In this document: piece by piece, positions 1 through 9,068 of the stretch
Layout of the letters: each line of letters opens with the position of its first letter
Position numbering within the stretch: the first letter of the stretch is position 1
Assembly (NCBI RefSeq): GCF_000011465.1
Contig: NC_005072.1
Coordinates: forward strand, 1,230,001-1,262,000
DNA: 32,000 nt
DNA from: Prochlorococcus marinus subsp. pastoris str. CCMP1986
GTDB lineage: Bacteria; Cyanobacteriota; Cyanobacteriia; PCC-6307; Cyanobiaceae
Direction of reading: 5' to 3'
Made by a program: the position numbers and the translations under genes
Notes under the pieces: model-generated
Seen by the model: the letters and a program-made list of their open reading frames with translations, nothing else
Told to the model about the DNA's origin: nothing
Databases searched by the model: none

Positions 1-308
1 TTATTTTCCCAGTTTACCAATATTAAAGCTTCTTCCTTTTCTTTATCCCAGAATATTTGTCTACCTAAAAAACCAGATTGAATAGATAACCAAGGCTCCC
101 AAACTTCTTTTTCAGCCTGAAGCCATACTTTTTTAAACTCAGAAGGAATCTTAAGTCTTAATTCTTCTGTGACAGGTCCACTTTGATAAGTATCCATGGG
201 AAGAGCATTAAGGGTTGGAGAATTGATTTGAAAAAGAAAAATGAATAGAAAAATAAATAAAAAAGAAAGGTTTTTTATTTTCTCTTTAACATTAAATTTT
301 ATTTTCAT
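1..308 (-). CDS. Conserved hypothetical exported protein; C-terminus cut by the window edge
   Basis: ATG at 308-306 overlaps the ispF stop (ATGA), and the frame stays open to position 1. The N-terminus [37 protein letters not shown] looks like a Sec signal peptide. It is followed by [65 protein letters not shown]. It is absent from the ORF track because it has no stop codon in the window. Confidence 0.6.
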   Translation of the reverse strand, partial: MKIKFNVKEKIKNLSFLFIFLFIFLFQINSPTLNALPMDTYQSGPVTEELRLKIPSEFKKVWLQAEKEVWEPWLSIQSGFLGRQIFWDKEKEEALILVNWEN

Positions 309-793
309 TCTTTTTTCTCAAGCAACACTACAGAGTGACAACTTATTCCTTCCTCTCTACCCTCAGGTCCCAATTTCTCATTTGTGGTAGCCTTTATTCC
401 AATAAAACTACCATTAATTTGTAAGGTATTGGAAATATTATTCTTCATTAGTTGCACATGGGGTTTAATTTTTGGTCTTTCAGCCACGATAACGCTATCA
501 ATATTATTAACTTCCCAACCTTCCTTTCTAATTAATTCAATAACTTTAGATAATAAAAATAAACTATCAGCATTTTTCCATTTCTGATCAGATGGTGGGA
601 AATATTTTCCAATATCTCCAAGAGATAGAGCTCCTAATAATGCATCCATTATTGAATGACTAAGAACGTCAGCATCACTATGACCATCAAGTCCTAAATT
701 ATCAGGATGCTGCATCTTAACTCCTCCAATTATTAAGTCCCGCCCCTCCACTAATCTATGAATATCATATCCATTACCTATTCGGAATTTCAT
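305..793 (-). other. ispF: IspF module, a possible independent cistron starting at the internal ATG 793-791 (Met246 of the long ORF)
   Basis: [14 protein letters not shown] aligns with the very N-terminus of free-standing IspF proteins (E. coli MRIGHGFDVHAF). The 162 aa length matches free-standing IspF. Confidence 0.8.
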
Positions 794-1528
794 TATTTCA
801 TTTGAGTCTCTGTTTATTCTCTTACTTTTTGGTAATTTTTTATAGTCATCATTCGAAATCAAATCATTTCTTCTATCCAAGGTCCTTTCTAACATTTTTT
901 GCTTACGCCATAATTTAATCTCTTCATGATTACCACTAACCAGAATATCTGGTACCCTCATTTCTCTAAAAATTAAAGGTCTAGTGTAATGAGGATATTC
1001 TAATAAAGAAGAATTATGACTCTCATCTATTAAGGAGCCTGGATCTCCTAGGGTTCCTGGTAATAATCTTGTTAAGCCATTTATTATAGATATAGAAGGA
1101 ATTTCGCCACCTGAAAGTACATAATCACCGATAGAAACCTCTTCATCAGCCAAGCATCTAACTCTTTCATCAAAACCTTCGTATTGCCCACAAATAATTA
1201 TCAATTGATCCAAAGAAGACCATCTTAAAAGATCCTGCTGCTTCAAGACTTTACCTTGTGGAGTCATTAATAGAGTTTTACTATTCGGTAATTTATCTAT
1301 TGAATCATGAGCCTTGTAGATCGGTTCTGGTTTTAAAACCATCCCTGAACCTCCCCCGTAAGGCTTATCATCTACTTGCCTATAATTACCTTCTCCGTAT
1401 TCTCTTAAATCGTGCAAGTTAACATTAATCAGATTTTTCTCTAAAGCTCTTGTTATGACCCCTAAATTATTGATTAATTCAAAAGCTTTGGGAAACAACG
1501 TAATTACGTCAAAATTGAAACGAGTCAT
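305..1528 (-). CDS. trmD: Single ORF encoding tRNA (guanine37-N1)-methyltransferase TrmD (residues 1 to about 220) fused in frame to 2-C-methyl-D-erythritol 2,4-cyclodiphosphate synthase IspF (residues 246-407)
   Basis: TrmD motifs are present: [35 protein letters not shown]. IspF motifs are present: [44 protein letters not shown]. No stop codon lies between the two modules. Confidence 0.9.
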   Translation of the reverse strand: MTRFNFDVITLFPKAFELINNLGVITRALEKNLINVNLHDLREYGEGNYRQVDDKPYGGGSGMVLKPEPIYKAHDSIDKLPNSKTLLMTPQGKVLKQQDLLRWSSLDQLIIICGQYEGFDERVRCLADEEVSIGDYVLSGGEIPSISIINGLTRLLPGTLGDPGSLIDESHNSSLLEYPHYTRPLIFREMRVPDILVSGNHEEIKLWRKQKMLERTLDRRNDLISNDDYKKLPKSKRINRDSNEIMKFRIGNGYDIHRLVEGRDLIIGGVKMQHPDNLGLDGHSDADVLSHSIMDALLGALSLGDIGKYFPPSDQKWKNADSLFLLSKVIELIRKEGWEVNNIDSVIVAERPKIKPHVQLMKNNISNTLQINGSFIGIKATTNEKLGPEGREEGISCHSVVLLEKKE

Positions 1529-2440
1529 TTAATAATCCACCTCATAACCTAGCTCCATTAATTTTGATTCTTTTTTTCTCCAATTTGGAACAACTTTTAC
1601 AAACAACTCCAAGTGAACTGGACCATTTATTAACTTCTTCATATTTGATCTTGCACTCTGACCGATAGTCTTTAACATCGAACCTTTTTTACCAATAAGA
1701 ATTCCCTTTTGACTTGTTCTCTCAACAATAATTGTAGCCAAAATAGCCGTAAAATTTTTACCCTTATCTCTTTTAATTTCCTTAATTTTTTCTATGTTTA
1801 CTGCAACACTATGGGGAACTTCCTCCCTTGTATTGATTAATACTTGCTCTCTAACTAAATCCGCTAATAAATTATCTAGAGGTTGATCGCATATTGTCTC
1901 TTCCTCGTAAAGCATTGGTCCTATTGGGAGGAAATTTAAAATTATATCAATCAATTCAGAGCACCCATCTCCTTCAGATGCACTTACAATTTGAAAATTT
2001 TTACTATTTCCAAAAACTTTTCTATATTGATCTAATCTTAGACTCTTGAATTCCTTATTCACTAAATCCCATTTATTCAATGCAACAATAAATTCAGTTT
2101 TATTGGCAACTAAAAAATCTTTTATGTATTCATCACCTCTCCCAGGTTCAACACTTGAATCTAGAACTAAAACAACCATATCTACTCCATTTATTGCTGA
2201 TTTTGCATTTTTCACAAGTATTTCGCCTAGAAGATGATGAGGTTTATGTACTCCAGGCGTATCTACAAAAATTATTTGCCCAAATTTTGTAGTAAGTATT
2301 CCTTTTAATTTATTTCTAGTAGTCTGAGCAACAGGAGATGTAATTGTTATTTTCTCTCCAATTAACTTATTTATTAAAGTAGATTTCCCTACATTTGGCC
2401 TTCCTAGTAAAGTTACGAAACCAGATTTATAATTAGTCAA
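1529..2440 (-). CDS. era: GTPase Era
   Basis: G1 motif GRPNVGKSTL, DTPG, NKWD, and a C-terminal KH domain (IIVERTSQKGILIGKKG). The start is TTG, with no in-frame ATG upstream. The stop TAA directly abuts the trmD ATG. Confidence 0.93.
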   Translation of the reverse strand: MTNYKSGFVTLLGRPNVGKSTLINKLIGEKITITSPVAQTTRNKLKGILTTKFGQIIFVDTPGVHKPHHLLGEILVKNAKSAINGVDMVVLVLDSSVEPGRGDEYIKDFLVANKTEFIVALNKWDLVNKEFKSLRLDQYRKVFGNSKNFQIVSASEGDGCSELIDIILNFLPIGPMLYEEETICDQPLDNLLADLVREQVLINTREEVPHSVAVNIEKIKEIKRDKGKNFTAILATIIVERTSQKGILIGKKGSMLKTIGQSARSNMKKLINGPVHLELFVKVVPNWRKKESKLMELGYEVDY

Positions 2441-2479
2441 AACTCTTTTAAAATATCCATAATAAAATTCTGATCAAAA

Positions 2480-3007
2480 ATGATAAAAAAAGCTATAAAC
2501 TTAAAAGAAACTTCTTTTACTCAGGCAATAAATATATCTGCTCAATGGTGTAATGAATGGGGAGAAGATCTTTTAAGTGAGGAAGTTTTGGCGGATAGAG
2601 TTGCAGAGCTAATTAAAACAAAAAACGGTTTAAGAGGTTTTTTTGCTTATGCATTGTCAGATCAAAATTGTTATTTATTAGATAAGCTTCCGTTCTCATT
2701 TGTTTTCAAACTTCAAGAAGCTGGAAATGATGTAGTCGAAATAGTAGTTAAAAATCTAATTATGAGCTCTGCCCAAATAATTGTTCATGAAAGTGATAAT
2801 AATCTTGAATATAAATCTAATTCGGAAAATATATCAGAGAGATGTAAAAGCATTTTGCGAGTTTTAGAAACTAAGTCTGTTACTAAAAATATTAATCAAA
2901 TAATGAATAATTTAGACAATCTTGGAAATAGCTTCGATAATTCAAAAAAATATAATGAAAAGCAAAAGCAATTTATAAAGCATCAAATTCTTGATATTGC
3001 AAAGTAA
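2480..3007 (+). CDS. Hypothetical protein (175 aa); no family recognised
   Basis: Clean ATG ORF followed 4 nt later by a strong intrinsic terminator. The codon usage resembles that of neighbouring genes. Confidence 0.6.
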   Translation: MIKKAINLKETSFTQAINISAQWCNEWGEDLLSEEVLADRVAELIKTKNGLRGFFAYALSDQNCYLLDKLPFSFVFKLQEAGNDVVEIVVKNLIMSSAQIIVHESDNNLEYKSNSENISERCKSILRVLETKSVTKNINQIMNNLDNLGNSFDNSKKYNEKQKQFIKHQILDIAK

Positions 3008-3010
3008 AAA

Positions 3011-3033
3011 AGCGTAGATAGTTCTACGCTTTT
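3011..3033. terminator. Bidirectional rho-independent terminator
   Basis: Stem AGCGTAGA (3011-3018), loop TAGT, stem TCTACGCT (3023-3030). It is flanked by an A-run on the 5' side and a T-run on the 3' side, so either strand reads hairpin followed by U-tract. It sits between the convergent genes at 2480-3007 (+) and 3063-3800 (-). Confidence 0.8.
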
Positions 3034-3062
3034 AGATATAAAAATTAAGTTAAAATTATTTT

Positions 3063-3800
3063 TTAATTTCTTCTTCCACCACCTTGAAGTGCAATCATCA
3101 ATCTTAAAATAAATACAAATAGATTTATGTAGGTTAAATACATACCTAATGCTCCGGCTAGATATTGATCGTCACTATATCTTCTTGGCATTGTGTAAAA
3201 ATCTAAAAAAGACATCGCAACGAATAAAACTGTTCCAAATCCTGCAATCATCAATTCAAGACCTGAACCTCCAAAAACACCTGGAGCAAAGAATCCTCCA
3301 ATTAATTGAACAAACATTGCTATCAACAAACCAATCAAGCCAAGTCCAACAACTCCGCTAAGAGCTTGTCCCACGCTATCGCTCATCCTTTGTCCTGTGT
3401 AAGAAGCTATTACAAAAGTGATCCCCGTTGCCAATGCTGCTGTGCCAACAGATCCGATTCCAATTGTCCCAATGGCCAAAGCAACTATGCCACTTAACGT
3501 AAATCCTGTTAACAAACTGAATCCAGTTAACAAAGGTAATGCTTTTGCATTATTAGCATTGTTGGCTGCACTTGTTGCAATGAAGAATAAAACCAATTCA
3601 GCTATTAAAGCAACAATAGAAAGAGGTTGAAATAGTGAAGGATTTGTTGCTATCAGTGAGACACCTGCCAATACACCTAAAGAAGTTAAAACCATTCCAC
3701 CACCTACATAGGGAAGAGCTTTCTGTACTACATTTGGTCCAACGATTGAGCTAGTTTGAGCATCGCGAATAGCTTGATTAAAATTACTGCTTGCTGGCAT
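3063..3800 (-). CDS. Bax-inhibitor-1/YccA family integral membrane protein
   Basis: About seven hydrophobic segments, plus the family-typical C-terminal region AGALGMYLTYINLFVFILRLM. Confidence 0.8.
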   Translation of the reverse strand: MPASSNFNQAIRDAQTSSIVGPNVVQKALPYVGGGMVLTSLGVLAGVSLIATNPSLFQPLSIVALIAELVLFFIATSAANNANNAKALPLLTGFSLLTGFTLSGIVALAIGTIGIGSVGTAALATGITFVIASYTGQRMSDSVGQALSGVVGLGLIGLLIAMFVQLIGGFFAPGVFGGSGLELMIAGFGTVLFVAMSFLDFYTMPRRYSDDQYLAGALGMYLTYINLFVFILRLMIALQGGGRRN

Positions 3801-3874
3801 TTTTATACCTTTTTATTTAATTATATTCTATCTAACTTTTTATATTTCAGTGTACGGATCACCCGAGTAATAGT

Positions 3875-4831
3875 TTATTCATAGGCCTTAATAATTTTCT
3901 GGACTAATGGATGGCGAACTACATCATCAATAGTTAAATAACAAAACTTTATTCCTTCGATATTAGAGAAAATTTTTGATGCTTCAACTAAACCACTTAA
4001 CTGATCATTTTTTAGATCAATTTGAGTGATATCACCATTTATAACCATCTTTGATCTTTCCCCTAACCTAGTTAAAAACATTCTCATTTGAGAAGTGGTA
4101 GTATTTTGAGCTTCATCTAAAATAATCAAAGAATTATCTAAGGTTCTACCTCTCATAAATGCTAATGGTGCGACTTCAATAATGCCTTTATCAATTAATG
4201 AATTTGTTTTATCATATCCAAAAATACTATGTAGAGAATCAAATAAAGGGCGTAAGTATGGATCAACTTTTTGCTGTAAATCTCCAGGCAAAAAACCTAA
4301 ATTCTCACCAGCCTCTACGGCTGGTCTTGTTAAAACAATTTTTTCAATTTTTTTCTCATTTAATAATCTGGCGGCACAAACAGTTGCTAAAAATGTTTTA
4401 CCTGTTCCTGCTGGACCAATAGCAAAAGTTAAATCAAAGTTCTCTATAGATTCAACGTATTCTTTTTGACTTATAGTTCTAGGCCTTAAATATCTACCCT
4501 CTTTTGAACGAGCTAGAATCTTTTTTCCAAGTTCAGCATGAGAAGAAGATTCTCCCATATTTAAAGAACTCAGAGCAGCCTTAAGATCCACTTCTGGGAC
4601 TTCTAATCCTTGTTCCCAAATTGGTCTTGTTAGCTCTACCAATGCAGACGCCCTCTCAAGTTTAGGTATTACTCCATTCAATTCAAGTTGTAAACCTCTA
4701 ATAGTTAAGGAGACACCAGTAAGAGATTCAAATTTTTTTAAAAAAGAATTTCCAGGACCAGATAATGCAGTAGCAGCATCTGAACTTGGCAAATCTATAG
4801 TGAAGTGACCAGTTTTGGAAACTTCTTTCAT
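3875..4831 (-). CDS. phoH: PhoH-like ATPase
   Basis: Walker A GPAGTGKTFLA, Walker B/DEAQN (LIILDEAQNTT), and GDITQIDL. Confidence 0.9.
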   Translation of the reverse strand: MKEVSKTGHFTIDLPSSDAATALSGPGNSFLKKFESLTGVSLTIRGLQLELNGVIPKLERASALVELTRPIWEQGLEVPEVDLKAALSSLNMGESSSHAELGKKILARSKEGRYLRPRTISQKEYVESIENFDLTFAIGPAGTGKTFLATVCAARLLNEKKIEKIVLTRPAVEAGENLGFLPGDLQQKVDPYLRPLFDSLHSIFGYDKTNSLIDKGIIEVAPLAFMRGRTLDNSLIILDEAQNTTTSQMRMFLTRLGERSKMVINGDITQIDLKNDQLSGLVEASKIFSNIEGIKFCYLTIDDVVRHPLVQKIIKAYE

Positions 4832-4865
4832 CTAATTAATAAATAATAATAAGTTTGACAATTTT

Positions 4866-5210
4866 TTAGCTTTCAGCTTCTTTACTATCACTTTCAGCCT
4901 CTTTACTCTTGGCTTTTGCAATCTTTTCTTTTTCTAATTTAGCCTTACCAATAGCTATGGAAGGTCTAACTTTCTTTTCTAGTAATCCACCTTTTTCTAA
5001 TAAAGTTCTTACAACATCGGTAGGTTGTGCTCCCTGAGTAAGCCTGATTCTTAATGCTTCTGTATCAAGCCTAGTTTCTTTAGTTCTTGGATTGTAAAAA
5101 CCTAACTCTTGAAGAGGTCTTCCATCTCTTCTAGAAGTACTATTGCATGCAACGATCCTAAAACTTGCTTCTTTTTTCTTTCCAAAGCGCTTAAGGCGCA
5201 ATTTAATCAT
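4866..5210 (-). CDS. rpsP: 30S ribosomal protein S16 with a Lys/Glu/Ser-rich C-terminal extension
   Basis: [21 protein letters not shown]...[13 protein letters not shown], followed by a tail of about 30 aa. Confidence 0.93.
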   Translation of the reverse strand: MIKLRLKRFGKKKEASFRIVACNSTSRRDGRPLQELGFYNPRTKETRLDTEALRIRLTQGAQPTDVVRTLLEKGGLLEKKVRPSIAIGKAKLEKEKIAKAKSKEAESDSKEAES

Positions 5211-5264
5211 TTTAAATTAGTACAGATTATTTAATAATATCATTTGAAGGTAGCTATTAATAAA

Positions 5265-6761
5265 CTATAAATCCCCAAAGCCTTTTTTCTTTTTATTAGA
5301 TTTTTGTTTTTTAAACGATTTATTACTATTTCCTCCTCCCATTCCTGGCATCCCTCCCATTCCTGGCATCCCACCCATTCCTGGCATTCCACCCATTCCT
5401 GGCATCCCACCCATTCCTGGCATCCCACCCATTCCTGGCATCCCACCCATTCCTGGCATTCCACCATTTGACATTTGTTTCATAAAACCTCTCATTCTTT
5501 GAAAATCAGCAAGTACTTTATCAACATCTTTTGCTTGATATCCACTGCCTTGTGCAATCCTTTGTCTTCTTGATGGTTGAGCCGCAAGGACTTCTGGCTT
5601 TTGCTTTTCTTCTAAAGTCATAGAGGAGATCATTGATTCAATTTTTTTTAATTGTTCTTCCCCATTTTTTATCATTCCATCATCTATTTTATTCATCCCT
5701 GGTATTAATTTAATTAAGCCTCCAAGTGATCCCATTCTCTTCATTAATCTCATTTGCTTAACAAAATCATTAAAATCAAAAGTTGCCTCTTGAAGTTTCT
5801 TTTGCATTACTTCCGCATCAGCAAGCTCAACTTCTTTTTGTGCCTTTTCAACAAGTGTTAAGACGTCTCCCATGCCAAGAATTCTGCTTGCCATTCTTTC
5901 TGGATGGAATGGCTGTAATGCTTCTATCTTTTCACCAGTACCTATAAATTTGATTGGTTTTCCACTTATTTTTCTTATTGAAAGAGCAGCTCCACCTCTT
6001 GAATCCCCATCCAACTTTGTTAATATTGCCCCTGTTATACCAACTTTTTCATGAAATGACTTCGTCAAATCAGCTGCTTCTTGACCAATCATAGAATCTA
6101 CAACCAGTAAAACTTCATCAGGCTTTGTAACCTGTTTTATTCGAACCATTTCGCCCATCATTGATTCATCTATTTGCAATCTTCCAGCAGTATCAACAAT
6201 TAAGGTATCTATATTATTTGCGTTGGCATAACTTAAAGCATCCCTTGCTATTTCTTCAGGCTTACTATTTTTTTCTTTCGCTGAGAAAACTTCAAGATCA
6301 TATTGATTACCAATTGTCTTAAGTTGTTCAACAGCTGCAGGCCTATAAATATCAGCTGCAACTAATAAAACCTTTTCTTCTTTCTCCTTCAAATAAAGGC
6401 CTAACTTACCTGTTGCTGTTGTTTTCCCAGCACCTTGTAAACCTGCCATCAAAATAACAGTCGGTGTCGTTTCTTTTTTATTTAATGGAGAATTTTCATT
6501 TCCCATAATATTTATTAATTCTTTGTTAACTACTTCTATAAATTTCTGTCCGGGATTAACACCTCTTACGACTTCTTCTCCAATAGCTTTATCTTTTACA
6601 TCTGAAACAAATTCTTTAACCACCGATAAACTAACATCAGCATCTAATAATGCTTTTTTGACTTGCTTTAAAGCATCATCAATATTATTTTCGCTAATTT
6701 TTGCTTCACCTCTTAAACCCTTTACGGCGTCTTCAAAGCGTGAAGAAAGTTCATCAAACAT
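5265..6761 (-). CDS. ffh: Signal recognition particle protein Ffh
   Basis: N domain; G domain with GLQGAGKTT, DTAGRL and TKLDGD; Met-rich M domain; C-terminal (GGMPGM)x7 tail. Confidence 0.95.
   Translation of the reverse strand: MFDELSSRFEDAVKGLRGEAKISENNIDDALKQVKKALLDADVSLSVVKEFVSDVKDKAIGEEVVRGVNPGQKFIEVVNKELINIMGNENSPLNKKETTPTVILMAGLQGAGKTTATGKLGLYLKEKEEKVLLVAADIYRPAAVEQLKTIGNQYDLEVFSAKEKNSKPEEIARDALSYANANNIDTLIVDTAGRLQIDESMMGEMVRIKQVTKPDEVLLVVDSMIGQEAADLTKSFHEKVGITGAILTKLDGDSRGGAALSIRKISGKPIKFIGTGEKIEALQPFHPERMASRILGMGDVLTLVEKAQKEVELADAEVMQKKLQEATFDFNDFVKQMRLMKRMGSLGGLIKLIPGMNKIDDGMIKNGEEQLKKIESMISSMTLEEKQKPEVLAAQPSRRQRIAQGSGYQAKDVDKVLADFQRMRGFMKQMSNGGMPGMGGMPGMGGMPGMGGMPGMGGMPGMGGMPGMGGMPGMGGGNSNKSFKKQKSNKKKKGFGDL
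5340..5465 (-). repeat. Seven tandem copies of an 18-bp unit (plus strand CATTCCTGGCATCCCACC) encoding (MPGMGG)n in the Ffh tail
   Basis: Counted directly: units 2, 4, 5 and 6 are identical, units 3 and 7 differ by one base, and unit 1 by two. The tract is a local G+C spike in an AT-rich window. Confidence 0.95.
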
Positions 6762-6810
6762 TATTTATTATTATTTCTTTAAGTATTATAAATGATACTA
6801 AAACTCAATC

Positions 6811-8919
6811 CTAAACACCACTAATGTAGTCAACTAATTTCCAGGAGTTATTTGAGAAACCTAAAATATATTTAACTTTCAAAAAAGGAGTGAAAGTTGT
6901 TTCATTTATCAATTCCCCATCTATTTTTAATATTTTTTCTGAATACTTTAAGTCAACTGATACTGATATTCTTGATGCCGTTTGAGTTAAAAGTACAATA
7001 TTTTCGATATTAGCATTGATATTTTTGTAGATACCTTTTTGAATATCAAGTTCTCTTTCCTTCTTTAATCTATCAATCAAATCATCTTGAACTATCTTTG
7101 ATAAATTAATTTCACCTTTTCCTGCTAGAAATTTACTTTTGTTAACAAGCCATGTATTAATTAAATTTTCTATTTTTTCTAAGGAGGGAGAAGCAGTTTT
7201 TATTTCTTCACCTGAAAAAATAACTTTTTCTGCATTATCTGAGAGAATAATTTTTGAGTTATCGAGAACTTTCTTTTTATCATCTTGATTTAAACCTTCA
7301 TAAAAGACATTCTTATTTTCATTTATCGATAACGAGTTATCAATTATTTCTTTTTCCTGCACGGGTTTTTTGAGATTATTTCTTACAAATCCAACACCTA
7401 GGCCAAAAGCAAATAAAATCAAAAAAGCATACAGATATGTTAGGTAGGAAGATTTATTAAATATTCTGTAGTTCTCTAAGGCTTCTCCAAATACAAATTT
7501 TAATTCAGCAATTTTTTCTATTGCGTACTTATAAAATTCTATTGATTTGTTTTTAATAATCTCATCTGTATAAATATTTTCTTCAATAACTTCTTGACCA
7601 TCTTCTCTTACTCCTCCAGGCAAAGGTAATCGGCCTTCTTCAAAATTATCCGAATTTAAATCAGGGCCCGTACTTGAATCTTTTAAAGATTCTTGGGCTT
7701 GAAAAATAGGTTTATTTTGAGGCCCAGACTTAAACACAGTTCTATTTGACTTCTTTTCTATTTGCTCAATAAATTCTTGGATTTCTCTATCTTCAAACCA
7801 AGAGTCTAAATCGATTTCTTTTAAATCAATATCCCTATAACCAACCAAAACATCATTTTCTAACCAATTTTTACAAAAAATACATATTGCTTCTAATTTT
7901 TCTCCAGGATAATTATTCAACCAATCTCTTAACTTCTCATCGGAACTACTTAAAAACCTTGCTGAGGATTGCTCAACATCTGCTAAAAGCAAATCAAGGC
8001 AACCTATTAATGGCATTGAGTCAAGTCCTGATAAATTTAGTTTTTTTAATATTTTTCGAGCTTCGAATAATTTTGCAGGTTTTCTTCTTGCAAAACCAAT
8101 TGCTGTTAAAGATAAAAAAGCTAAAAATCCTGCTTCACTTGAACCCCTTTTTTGTAATTCTAAAAATAAATCTATCTGATCCTGAACAGTCAAGAATGGC
8201 TTTATTTGTTGAAAGAAAGATTCAAATTCTTGCTGATTTAGAAAATCATTATATTCAGATTTATTTTTTCCTTCTAATCCACCTCTTTTGATTATTAAAT
8301 TTTCCAGCATACTTAAACCTTTTTTATGCGAGTCATAATCATTTAGATCTCTACTTAACAAATCAAGAATTCGATACGGAAGAAGCGACACTAAGTCCTC
8401 CTCAAGAGTTTTCCGTAATTCCCCTAGTTTGCCCATTCTTTGAAGAAGCTGTATGCCTTCTTGTAAAAAATCTGCAGCATTTGAGTAAGATCTTTGATCT
8501 TGCTCTTGTATTGCAGCATCTCTAGATGTTAAAGCCGCTAACAAGGTAAGATCAGCTTCTCTACTGCTACCCAATGCAGGAGTTTGGGGGGGTTGCAATG
8601 CTTTTCTTGTTATTTTAAAGGCTTCTTTAGAAGAGCCCGATTCCCAAAGGAGAATTAATCCTGCAACCTCTCTATTGGAAGATAAATCTAAACCTGATGC
8701 TCCATTTAGTAATAAATTTTCGTAATCTCTTCTACTATCTGGATCTGTAAGCAAATCTGCAGTAAGGCGAAGCAATTCCGACCTTTGAGTTAAAACCTCG
8801 TACGTGAATCCTTCATCAGGAGTTTTATCCAAGCGTAATTGGAAAGCCCTTAATATTTCCTCAGATGTTGCTGAGGGGCTTACGCCTATTAAACGAAAGT
8901 GATCTAATGGAAGTTCCAA
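6811..8919 (-). CDS. zipN: Cyanobacterial division protein Ftn2/ZipN (ARC6 homologue) with a degenerate J-domain
   Basis: The N-terminus MELPLDHFRLIGVSPSATSEEILRAFQLRL...DPDSRRDYE is J-like and lacks the HPD motif. There is one central TM segment (YLYAFLILFAFGLGVGFV). The protein is 702 aa and starts at TTG. Confidence 0.8.
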   Translation of the reverse strand: MELPLDHFRLIGVSPSATSEEILRAFQLRLDKTPDEGFTYEVLTQRSELLRLTADLLTDPDSRRDYENLLLNGASGLDLSSNREVAGLILLWESGSSKEAFKITRKALQPPQTPALGSSREADLTLLAALTSRDAAIQEQDQRSYSNAADFLQEGIQLLQRMGKLGELRKTLEEDLVSLLPYRILDLLSRDLNDYDSHKKGLSMLENLIIKRGGLEGKNKSEYNDFLNQQEFESFFQQIKPFLTVQDQIDLFLELQKRGSSEAGFLAFLSLTAIGFARRKPAKLFEARKILKKLNLSGLDSMPLIGCLDLLLADVEQSSARFLSSSDEKLRDWLNNYPGEKLEAICIFCKNWLENDVLVGYRDIDLKEIDLDSWFEDREIQEFIEQIEKKSNRTVFKSGPQNKPIFQAQESLKDSSTGPDLNSDNFEEGRLPLPGGVREDGQEVIEENIYTDEIIKNKSIEFYKYAIEKIAELKFVFGEALENYRIFNKSSYLTYLYAFLILFAFGLGVGFVRNNLKKPVQEKEIIDNSLSINENKNVFYEGLNQDDKKKVLDNSKIILSDNAEKVIFSGEEIKTASPSLEKIENLINTWLVNKSKFLAGKGEINLSKIVQDDLIDRLKKERELDIQKGIYKNINANIENIVLLTQTASRISVSVDLKYSEKILKIDGELINETTFTPFLKVKYILGFSNNSWKLVDYISGV

Positions 8920-9068
8920 ACAAATATCCTATTGAAAATCCTTTAGATGAATTTTATCAATTTATATTTTTTTTTCATAATGTCTTGGAGAGTTATTAAA
9001 AAAAAACATGAAAATCGTCCATTGAGGCTTAGAATGTTAACAAACCAAAACTTCATTAAGGTATTTTC

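Noticed and set aside
5340-5465. The 18-bp direct repeats as a possible CRISPR-like or minisatellite array.
   Set aside because: The units are contiguous with no spacers, stay in frame and encode the Ffh tail. No cas genes are present.
5240-5467. A 75-aa ORF with a repeated CQEWVG motif.
   Set aside because: It is an alternative-frame reading of the 18-bp tandem repeat inside ffh. It has no independent support.
7887-8291. A 134-aa ORF antisense to zipN. Similar antisense ORFs occur at 384-587, 2046-2237, 3149-3630, 4182-4469, 11452-12057, 13062-13894, 19376-20190, 21345-22115, 24093-24752 and 27462-27689.
   Set aside because: All lie fully inside well-supported genes on the other strand. 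They have low-complexity, Leu/Ser/Phe/Ile-rich compositions typical of antisense frames in AT-rich DNA, and no recognisable motifs.
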